Source of the DNA: Rhizomicrobium sp.
GTDB lineage: Bacteria; Pseudomonadota; Alphaproteobacteria; Micropepsales; Micropepsaceae
Direction of reading: 5' to 3'
Assembly: GCA_035545475.1 (NCBI GenBank)
Contig: DASZYI010000144.1
Span: 15,306 to 79,305 of the forward strand
Length of the DNA stretch: 64,000 nt
A program made the translations under genes and the position numbers. Below the pieces are notes generated by a model that worked only from the letters and a program-made list of their open reading frames with translations, searched no databases and was not told where the DNA came from. This document shows, piece after piece, positions 50,717 through 58,635 of the stretch. How positions within the stretch are numbered: the stretch's first letter is position 1; each line of letters begins with the position of its first letter.

Positions 50717-51832
50717 ATGACTTTGCATGCCGTCACGGTCCCAAAATGGGGGCTAGCGATGGAAGAAGGGCAAATCGTTCATTGGTATGTCGCCCCCGGG
50801 GCTCGCGTTTCCACTGGCGACGCGCTTGTGGACATCGAGACGCCGAAAATCACAAATACGTTGGAGGCTGAAGGGCCGGGAACAATTCGTCGCATTCTTG
50901 GCGCAGAGGGTGAGACCCTTCCGTGCGGACAAGTTATCGCGGTACTTGACGATGGGGAATCCGGCGAGCCCGACGTCGACGATTTCGTCAAGAATGCGAT
51001 TCTCAGCCTCGAGGCAAAACATCCCGAGGAAACTACTGGTAAAACGCTCAGGCCCGCTCTCGTTGACGTAGGCAGTGGCAGCCTAAATTACCTGGCGATG
51101 GGCGCACCCACGGATTTGTCGATCATACTGATCCATGGGTTCGGCGGAGACCTAAACAATTGGATGTTTAACCAGCCCGTGCTCGCAGCGGCAGGTCGTA
51201 CCATTTCTTTCGATCTGCCGGGGCATGGAGGATCGACAAAGACGGTGGGAAATGGATCGATCGACGAGTTAGCTTTGAGGATTTCCGTCGCTTTGAAATC
51301 CCTCCAACTCGAAAGATTCCACTTGGTCGGACACTCCCTCGGTGGTGCAGTCGCATCTAAGGTCGCCGCGTCTGTTCCCGGAAGCTGCGCATCCCTCACG
51401 CTGATCAGTTCCGCGGGCCTCGGAGAGGAGATCAACGGTGACTACCTCGAGGCGTTTGTCGTCGCAAAGCGGCGTAGGGAATTGCAGAAAGTTCTTGAAA
51501 GCCTGTTTGCGGACCCGTCCCTCGTTACATCTGATATGGCAGAAGAGATTTTGCGTGCGAAACGGTTAGATGGTGCCGAGGCCGCGTTACGCCAGGTTTT
51601 GGCAGCCAATTTCGCGGACTCCCGCCAGCTGTTTGGCCTGCGAGAGCAAATAATTCATCTCGACATTCCCATAATGACGATCTGGGGTGAAAGTGATCTG
51701 ATCATTCCGGCAACGCACAGCAACGGACTTCCCGGAAGTACTCAAGTGCTGGCGGAGACCGGACATATGGCACATATCGAAAAAGCGGCCGAGGTGAATA
51801 CCCTGATCGCCAAACATATTGCCGCGGCGTAG
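50717..51832 (+). CDS. acoC: AcoC-type protein: lipoyl domain fused to alpha/beta-hydrolase fold
   Basis: PKWGLAMEEG, IETPKI lipoyl Lys, HGFGGDLNNW, GHSLGG, GHMAH. Confidence 0.85.
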   Translation: MTLHAVTVPKWGLAMEEGQIVHWYVAPGARVSTGDALVDIETPKITNTLEAEGPGTIRRILGAEGETLPCGQVIAVLDDGESGEPDVDDFVKNAILSLEAKHPEETTGKTLRPALVDVGSGSLNYLAMGAPTDLSIILIHGFGGDLNNWMFNQPVLAAAGRTISFDLPGHGGSTKTVGNGSIDELALRISVALKSLQLERFHLVGHSLGGAVASKVAASVPGSCASLTLISSAGLGEEINGDYLEAFVVAKRRRELQKVLESLFADPSLVTSDMAEEILRAKRLDGAEAALRQVLAANFADSRQLFGLREQIIHLDIPIMTIWGESDLIIPATHSNGLPGSTQVLAETGHMAHIEKAAEVNTLIAKHIAAA

Positions 51833-51845
51833 TGAGGGCAGCCAT

Positions 51846-52448
51846 TCATTTAAACCGTTTCATGAACGGCGCAGGGCCATTGATATCGGACGGTAATATA
51901 GGCAACGGGACCGCGTCAGGAGGGAGTGGAACGCCGTCGGCGTTGAGGATCAATGACACGGCACAATAGTAACCCGCGAGAGCGACCAAATCTGCGGTGA
52001 TAGTATCGCCAAACCGAGCTCTGACGGAGTTGAAGACTTCATCCGAGATATGTCCACGGCATACAAGCTCGCTGACAAAGTCGAACACTTTGGCTTCATC
52101 CGCGTCCATTTCCGCGGGTCTGTACCCTCCGCCAATCGCGTCGCATTTGGCTCGATCCAAACCCGCTTCGATAGCGAGGCTGCTGTGAATGTGCCATTCG
52201 AATTGTGCAGTCCACGCGCGCGCCACAATTATGATGGCAAGTTCCTTGAGCTTTTTTGGCAATCCGCTCTCAAAACGCAAATACCCGCCAAGATGCTCAA
52301 AGGCCATGGCAAGTTTCGGACTCCTCAACAGAAGATTCGCCGGTCCGCCAATCGCGCCTCTGCTTTTCACCCATGCATCGCGGGCCTCGCGTTGCTCGTT
52401 GCTCATATCTCGTGGTTCGAGCGGACCAAACCTGTTGCCAGAGCTCAT
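51846..52448 (-). CDS. Carboxymuconolactone-decarboxylase/AhpD-like protein 2 (no CxxC)
   Basis: GPANLLLRSP, LPKKLKELAIIIVAR, FEWHIH. Confidence 0.85.
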   Translation of the reverse strand: MSSGNRFGPLEPRDMSNEQREARDAWVKSRGAIGGPANLLLRSPKLAMAFEHLGGYLRFESGLPKKLKELAIIIVARAWTAQFEWHIHSSLAIEAGLDRAKCDAIGGGYRPAEMDADEAKVFDFVSELVCRGHISDEVFNSVRARFGDTITADLVALAGYYCAVSLILNADGVPLPPDAVPLPILPSDINGPAPFMKRFK

Positions 52449-52513
52449 TTAGAAACCTCCAATCCCGGCGGAATCGCTTGCGATCTATGAATCACTCTTT
52501 TCTCGGGTCCTCT

Positions 52514-52533
52514 TATTTACTACTCTGTAAAAA
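52514..52533. promoter_or_regulatory. Operator B copy between divergent CMD2 and Rieske 2 (TATTTACTA-CT-CTGTAAAAA)
   Basis: Right half-site is a perfect match to the consensus. Confidence 0.55.
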
Positions 52534-52578
52534 AGTATTCTGCCGGCCGGCGGCAGTGCTGACAAGCAGGTGATTGAA

Positions 52579-53988
52579 ATGAAAAAACTGCTAACTTCTT
52601 CCAATCACCCGACGCGCAAAGATCGATGCGACGCGATTTCCTATCAGGAACTGCTCGATCGAGACACGATGCCGGTGCCGGCAGCCCTCCGCGAACAATC
52701 GGAACCCGATTTGGGAACGAGTGGAATTCCGATCGAACACTATACCAGCCAGGATTATTTCGATCGCTCGGTCGGCAGGATGTGGCTAAAGACCTGGCAA
52801 ATGGCATGCCGCGAACAGGATATTCCGGAAGTGGGAAATTTTGTTCTCTACGAAGTGGTCGGAAAATCCCTCATCATCGTACGTTCCGGGGCTGATCAGA
52901 TCAAAGCGTTGCACAACTCCTGTCTGCACCGGGGTCGCAAGCTCGTGACACTGGAAGGCAGCAAGTCCGACTTCCACTGCCCCTTTCATGGGCTCGTCTG
53001 GAAGAACGACGGTACGTTTCTGGAAAATCCGATCCAATGGGACTTCCCGCAGTGTCCGGCTGAGGAGATGCGGCTGCCGGAAGCCAAAGTCGCCAGATGG
53101 GGCGGATTTGTGTTCATCAATTTCGACCTCGATGCCCCCTCACTCGAAAGTACCCTAGGACCTATCCCAAAACACTTCGAAAGATGGGACATAGAAAATC
53201 GTTACAAGGCCGCGCATGTGGGTAAAATCATAGCGTGCAATTGGATGGTCGCACTTGAGGCTTTCATAGAGGCACACCATTCACTCACGACCCATCCCCA
53301 AATACTCATGTGTTCCGGAGATGCCAATGCCCAGCACGATATCTTTAGCGATCACGTAACGAGGATGATAAGCGCGAAGGCTACGCCGAGTCCGTTCCTC
53401 GGCGACCGGATTGTTACGGAGGACGAGATAGTGCGGTGCATGGTCGGTCGCGTTCGTGGCGGACGTGGTTTCGTAGACCAGGACTCTTTCCCAAAGGCGG
53501 AAAAAATCGTGCCAGAAGAGACAACCGCTCGGGCCTATCTGGCCAGCTTTGCTCGGGCCGCTCTCAGGTCGGAGACAGGGATCGATCACAGCATTGCGTC
53601 CGACGCCGAACTTGGAGACTCCATTCTCTACAATGTCTTTCCGAACTTGACCTTATGGGGAGGCTTCTTGCCCAATTTGGTCTATCGTTGGAGACCAAAT
53701 GGCCTCGACCATGCATCTTGCCTGATGGAAGTAATGATATTGAGACCACGCTCAAAGGGAACTGCACCAAAATCATCGCAGTTCCATTTGTTGAAAGAGG
53801 ATGAAGCTTGGGCGGATGCGGAAGAACTCGGTGGCTTGGGCGCAATTATCGATCAAGACATGGGGAATATGCCATTCGTTCAGCAGGGTCTCGTCGCTGC
53901 CGTTGGCAGAACCATCGAAGTCGGCAAATATTCGGAGAGTCGCATACGGGCACATCACATTACCTTGACGAGGTATGTGGAGGGTTGA
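52579..53988 (+). CDS. Rieske non-heme iron oxygenase alpha subunit 2 (paralog of 40532-41917)
   Basis: SCLHRG, CPFHG, EAFIEAHHSLTTHP, DQD. Confidence 0.92.
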   Translation: MKKLLTSSNHPTRKDRCDAISYQELLDRDTMPVPAALREQSEPDLGTSGIPIEHYTSQDYFDRSVGRMWLKTWQMACREQDIPEVGNFVLYEVVGKSLIIVRSGADQIKALHNSCLHRGRKLVTLEGSKSDFHCPFHGLVWKNDGTFLENPIQWDFPQCPAEEMRLPEAKVARWGGFVFINFDLDAPSLESTLGPIPKHFERWDIENRYKAAHVGKIIACNWMVALEAFIEAHHSLTTHPQILMCSGDANAQHDIFSDHVTRMISAKATPSPFLGDRIVTEDEIVRCMVGRVRGGRGFVDQDSFPKAEKIVPEETTARAYLASFARAALRSETGIDHSIASDAELGDSILYNVFPNLTLWGGFLPNLVYRWRPNGLDHASCLMEVMILRPRSKGTAPKSSQFHLLKEDEAWADAEELGGLGAIIDQDMGNMPFVQQGLVAAVGRTIEVGKYSESRIRAHHITLTRYVEG

Positions 53989-54310
53989 AGCGGCTTGGAT
54001 TATCTGCGGGCGGTCGGATACACAGGGCGTCGGCGGGGCCCGGCGAACATTTTGAACCAGTGGGATTGGCACGCGAGATGAAATTTAATTTTGCGTCGGG
54101 GGCGGGGCAGCGGTGGCGGTTCGCCCCCCGAGATTGATAATAAGTTGAATTCGCAACTGTGAAAGACAACCCTTTCAAGACAGGCGGAACTTGATACCAT
54201 CCCGTCAATTGGACCAAAAGCGTACCCTGCTACCCTTGCCTGACATTGAACCTACCGTACGTTCCTATTGCGTGTCTGAATCATAGAAAAAGCTCTCAGG
54301 GCCGACCGCT

Positions 54311-54724
54311 ATGCCTGCCGATATGACAGATGCGAAGCCCGGGGTAACGCAAATCCTGGCGGCCATCGTCGAGACTTCGCACGACGCGATTATCAGCAAA
54401 GATCTGAACGGCATCATTTCAAGTTGGAACAGGAGCGCTACGCATCTCTTTGGATACGCTCCTGATGAGATCATCGGTCGCCCGGTTACGATTCTCATTC
54501 CGCCGGATAGGCAAGATGAGGAAACACACATCCTTGGCATGGTTCGTCGCGGGGAGCGTGTGGATTCATACGAGACCATTCGGCAGCGCAAGGATGGAAG
54601 CCTTGTAGAGGTCTCCCTAACAGTATCGCCGATCAAGGATTCGGAAGGCCGAGTTGTCGGCGCTTCTAAGATCGCACGCGACATCACAGAATTGAAAAAA
54701 GCGAGGAAACAACAAGAGCTTCTA
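54311..54724 (+). pseudogene. PAS domain of a sensor kinase, truncated just before the expected kinase H-box
   Basis: AAIVETSHDAIISKDLNGIISSWN...SKIARDITELKKARKQQELL, then unrelated sequence. Confidence 0.8.
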
Positions 54725-54725
54725 C

Positions 54726-55031
54726 GGCGGCGTCGATCTGGTGTTCGACGTCATCGGCGGCGAGATCGGCAAGCAATCCGCACGTCTCATTCGAGCTGGA
54801 GGAACGGTCGTGTCCATCGTCGGTCCGCCCGTGCCGCGGCCCGATGACGGTTTGGCGGTCGACTTCGTTGTCGAGACAGATCGCGCTCAACTGACCGAGA
54901 TCGTCAACCTGGTGCGGGATGGACGATTGCGGACGAACATCGGCGATGTCTCATCTCTCGATGATGCTATCGCTGCGTTAAACCCGACCGGGCGACGCAA
55001 GGGGAAGACGATTATCCGCGTTCGTCAGTAA
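54726..55031 (+). pseudogene. C-terminal fragment of an NADP-dependent oxidoreductase (zeta-crystallin/MDR family)
   Basis: GGVDLVFDVIGGEI...LVRDGRLRTNIG...RKGKTIIRVR; no N-terminal part. Confidence 0.8.
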
Positions 55032-55496
55032 GGACGCAAGGAACAGCGCACTCGGATAGGACACCGCGCAGGCCGCAGACGCCGCGATGGCCTGGGCCAT
55101 CAGTTCATCGATTCGCTCAAGGCCGGCAACGTCAAGGATGCTGCGGCTCATTTATCCATGTTTCGATTATTGATGAGTTCTTGCCTTATCACGGGAATTC
55201 TTTCGGGCTTCGCGAATCCCCCCATTCCAACGTCATCCTAGTTGATGGCGGCTCGATAGATTTGTTCGTTCGGGTGGGAATGATCGGATCCTAGCTTCAG
55301 TTGGGCCTTGGTTGCCTGCAGAGGCCAATGTGGCGCTTTCCGGCCGTCGGCACAGATCTGCGTATCGTGTTCTTACTTCGTAAAGTTCGTGGCTTTTCGG
55401 GGTCTCGGTACTGCTCTACGTCTTCACCGTTCCTGCCATCGAAGTAAGCCGCCCTCCGCCGAGGAATCCAAAGAAGGCCGGAAAGCAAATGAATGC

Positions 55497-56021
55497 TCAA
55501 ATTTTGCGACGCGGTTTTTTTGCTTTGCGTCGCCGCTTGCCATTTGACGTCGCGGTATGAGCTCCAGACGGAAGCTCTGATATGCGCTTGACGACTTTAC
55601 CCCAATCCAAATTCAGAACGCGTTTCAAGGCAGCATAGTCTTCGCCGCCGATCCGGCTGCGCAATACGTCTTCCAAATCGCGAATCGCATTACGGGCGAA
55701 CTCGCGAATTCCCGTCGAGCGTTGCGTAAAGCCAAGAATCACGGAACGCCCGTCCGCCGGATCGTCGTGTGCGAGAAGGATCTTCTGCGCGATGAGTTGG
55801 TTCGCGATATGCCGTATCGCCTGACGCGAAAGGCGCATCTTCCGTGCGATATCGCTCGGCCTGGTCACGCCTGCCGAAACATAAAGCACCATCATGGACT
55901 GGGACTTGTTCAATGGACGAAAGCCGCCGTCCTTCACAAGGTTCTGCAGCCCGTTATCGAACCAGTCCCAGCCTTCCAGCAGGCCTGACATCAGGAAGGG
56001 GTGTCGGTCGATCCGCGGCAT
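55497..56021 (-). CDS. MarR-family regulator
   Basis: RPSDIARKMRLSRQAIRHIANQL...DDPADGRSVIL winged HTH. Confidence 0.88.
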   Translation of the reverse strand: MPRIDRHPFLMSGLLEGWDWFDNGLQNLVKDGGFRPLNKSQSMMVLYVSAGVTRPSDIARKMRLSRQAIRHIANQLIAQKILLAHDDPADGRSVILGFTQRSTGIREFARNAIRDLEDVLRSRIGGEDYAALKRVLNLDWGKVVKRISELPSGAHTATSNGKRRRKAKKPRRKI

Positions 56022-56107
56022 GGTCCCTCATCTGCAATGCCCGACGATGAGCAAGCACCGAGGGATGTAAATACCGGACGGTTCATCTGCCCACAAGTCT
56101 AGACGTC

Positions 56108-57355
56108 TCAAACCACGGGCGAGTTCGGTGGTAGTCCGATCAAAGCACGACCATGAAGCTCCGAAGCGCCATCTAGATCGTAGACGACATGGCTCGACAT
56201 CACATTGATGTCCCTGAGCGCCCGTTGCAGGGGATTGTCCAGAAAGTGTGCGCTTGAGCCGCTCGCCTCGCATGCCAGACGGATGGCTGTTCGACACAAG
56301 TCCATGGCGTAGGCGATCTGGATTCTGAGGCTTATGCGTTCCTCGACCTCCGCCAGCTTCCCGCTCTGGCCCAAAGCTACGTTTTTGCGTCCGGCATCGC
56401 GCACCAGCAATTCGGCCGTCCGCGTTTTCACGTCGGCGAGCGCGAGCCGCATCTGGGCGGCGGGTTTCTCCGCCTGCTTCAACTCGGTTCCGAACACCAC
56501 TCTTTCTGCAAGACGTGCTCGGAAATGTTCGACAGCCGCGCGTGCTGTGGCGACGGCAGGAAGCGCTGCGGTCAGCGCAAGAAACGGGAGCATCGGCATT
56601 TTGTAAATCGGATTGTCATGAAGCAGCGCGCCCGGCGCCCGCCCCTCCCGCATGTGACCGAAATTGAGCACACGATGCCCCGGTATGAAGGCATCTTCGA
56701 TGACGATGTCGTTGCTACCCGTACCGATCATGCCGTCGACGTGCCAGGTATCCAAAATCCGGACATCCGACACCGGCAAAACGAAAAACAGTACGGCCGG
56801 AGAGCTGCCACCATCTGGATCGAGTCCGGTCGCCAGCACCCAATCGGCGTGCATCACGCCGGTCCCCCACTTCCAGTGACCGGTCAGGCGATAGCCGCCG
56901 CTAACCTTCGTGACTTTTCCGGGTGGCTGAGTAACGCCCGGCGCAATGATATAAGGATACTGTCCGAAGATTTCTGCCTGCGCTTCTTCGGGAAACTGCG
57001 ACATCATCCAGTTGTGTTCGACGCAGAACGACGTCACCCAGCCGGTCGACGAACAACCTTCGCCAAGAGGAAGCATGGCGTTCACAAAGGTTTCAACGTC
57101 GAATTCCAGCCCGCCATATCTTTTGGGCACGAAGTGGTAAAACACGCCCGCGCGCCGTATCGCATTCCATGCCTCATTCACTGGACGGCGCAACCGCTCC
57201 GCTTCGCGGGTATGACCGGCGAGCAGCGGTTTGAGGGCAGTCGTGCGCTCGACCAGCATCGCTGGCGTCATTTGGGCAAGCTCGGCCCGGTTAAGCCAAT
57301 CGCCGGGTGGCGGGCTTTCCGGCCTGATGGTTTTGGCGGTGTCAACGGGGGGCAT
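56108..57355 (-). CDS. Two-component flavin-dependent monooxygenase, oxygenase subunit (group D, HsaA/HpaH-like, acyl-CoA dehydrogenase fold)
   Basis: PKRYGGLE, GCSSTGWV, GHWKWGTG, DTWHVDGMIGTGSND, NPLQRALRD, SH. Confidence 0.88.
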   Translation of the reverse strand: MPPVDTAKTIRPESPPPGDWLNRAELAQMTPAMLVERTTALKPLLAGHTREAERLRRPVNEAWNAIRRAGVFYHFVPKRYGGLEFDVETFVNAMLPLGEGCSSTGWVTSFCVEHNWMMSQFPEEAQAEIFGQYPYIIAPGVTQPPGKVTKVSGGYRLTGHWKWGTGVMHADWVLATGLDPDGGSSPAVLFFVLPVSDVRILDTWHVDGMIGTGSNDIVIEDAFIPGHRVLNFGHMREGRAPGALLHDNPIYKMPMLPFLALTAALPAVATARAAVEHFRARLAERVVFGTELKQAEKPAAQMRLALADVKTRTAELLVRDAGRKNVALGQSGKLAEVEERISLRIQIAYAMDLCRTAIRLACEASGSSAHFLDNPLQRALRDINVMSSHVVYDLDGASELHGRALIGLPPNSPVV

Positions 57356-57375
57356 CGAACGCAATCTCCATATTG

Positions 57376-57457
57376 GGAAAATATTTTACAATATGCGCCG
57401 CAGACCCGCAACCGCATACGTTTGCCCCATGACAAGAAAGGACAAATTTTTTACTAT
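57376..57457. promoter_or_regulatory. Divergent promoters TTGCGG-N17-TAAAAT (minus) and ATGACA-N17-TACTAT (plus), each overlapped by operator C
   Basis: GGAAAATATTTTAC 57376-57389; GACAAATTTTTTAC 57441-57454; ideal palindrome GTAAAATATTTTAC. Confidence 0.7.
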
Positions 57458-57487
57458 CTCGCCTGCAACCGTCCGGAGGCCAGCCCG

Positions 57488-58600
57488 ATGACCGACGACA
57501 GCAAGCTCATGCCCCTTTTTGATCCTCTTAAGATTGGCAATTTGCATCTTCCCCATCGTATTGCGATGGCGCCGATGACCAGGTTCCGATGCAACGAAGA
57601 CGGGATTCCGGCGCCATATGTAAGCGAATACTATGCGCAGCGCAGTTCCGCCGCGCTCATCGTGTGCGAATCCGTCTACACGATTCCCAGCGGCCGGATC
57701 GCGCCGCTGGCGGGAGGCCTGATAACCGAACCCCAGCGCACGGCCTGGGCGGCTGTTGCCTCCGCTGTGCACGCAAAGGGCGGACGGATCTTCCTGCAGC
57801 TCATTCATGGCGGACGCGTCTCTCATCCGCTGCTTCAACCCGGTGGCGTGCAACCCATTGCCCCCTCCGCCGTGCTCGCGGACGACAAGGTCCGGCTTGC
57901 GCAGGGATTCGTTGCACCGGTCGTGCCGCGCGCAATGGAAATCTCCGAAATCCACGAGGTGATCGAAAGTTTCGCGGTAGCGACGCGTCACGCGGCGGAG
58001 GCGGGGTTTGACGGTGTCGAGTTGCATGCGGGCAATGGATATCTGCCCTGCCAATTCCTGTCGTCGAACACCAATCTCCGGCAGGACGACTACGGCGGAA
58101 CGCTCACGAACCGCCTGCGCTTTGTTATGGAAACCCTTGAGGCGATGTGCGCCGTACGTAGTCCTGACTTCGTGGGCGTCAAGATATCGCCGGGTTTTCG
58201 CTATCACGATGCTCGCGATGAGGCGCCTGAGGAAACCTACACAGAACTGGCCAAGGCCCTTGGCAAAATGGACCTCGCTTATACCCATATTCAAATTCCG
58301 CTGGATTTCATTCAACCCGAAGGTGCTGCGTTCGATCCCGTTGCCTTGGTACGCAACCACTATCGCGGCGTTTTGCTCGCGGGCGGCAATCTCGATCGCC
58401 GCAGCGCGGCGCACATGATCGCTACAGGTGCTGCCGATGTTGCAGTGTTCGGGCGGCGGTTCATCGCTAATCCGGATCTCCCCGAGCGATTCCGCCTGGG
58501 AGCCGGCGAGACCGAACTCGATCCGGATACGCTGCATGTTCCGGGCCACAAAGGCTACATCGACTATCCTACGCTGCGTGTAGCCGGCGAACCGCATTGA
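57488..58600 (+). CDS. Old Yellow Enzyme / alkene reductase 1 (canonical H-x-x-N-x-Y)
   Basis: MAPMTR, GFDGVELHAGNGYL, NLRQDDYGG, GRRFIANPDLP, GYIDYP; start ATG 57488. Confidence 0.93.
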   Translation: MTDDSKLMPLFDPLKIGNLHLPHRIAMAPMTRFRCNEDGIPAPYVSEYYAQRSSAALIVCESVYTIPSGRIAPLAGGLITEPQRTAWAAVASAVHAKGGRIFLQLIHGGRVSHPLLQPGGVQPIAPSAVLADDKVRLAQGFVAPVVPRAMEISEIHEVIESFAVATRHAAEAGFDGVELHAGNGYLPCQFLSSNTNLRQDDYGGTLTNRLRFVMETLEAMCAVRSPDFVGVKISPGFRYHDARDEAPEETYTELAKALGKMDLAYTHIQIPLDFIQPEGAAFDPVALVRNHYRGVLLAGGNLDRRSAAHMIATGAADVAVFGRRFIANPDLPERFRLGAGETELDPDTLHVPGHKGYIDYPTLRVAGEPH

Positions 58601-58610
58601 TGGCCTGCAA

Positions 58611-58635
58611 CCGCGCCCGCTAGAAGCGGACGCGG
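58611..58635. terminator. Hairpin between convergent OYE1 and TBDR3
   Basis: CCGCGCCCGC-TAGAA-GCGGACGCGG, 9/10 bp. Confidence 0.45.

Noticed and set aside
53990-54260. Possible gene remnant or RNA between Rieske 2 and the PAS fragment
   Set aside because: No frame gave a convincing family motif and no stable conserved-looking structure was seen
55035-55300. Cupin-like HSHPNEQ motif on the minus strand
   Set aside because: Followed by a stop codon and lacks the second cupin motif
56525-58600. 691-aa ORF suggesting an OYE fusion protein
   Set aside because: The N-terminal 321 codons are the antisense shadow of the monooxygenase and cross the divergent promoters; the OYE starts at 57488
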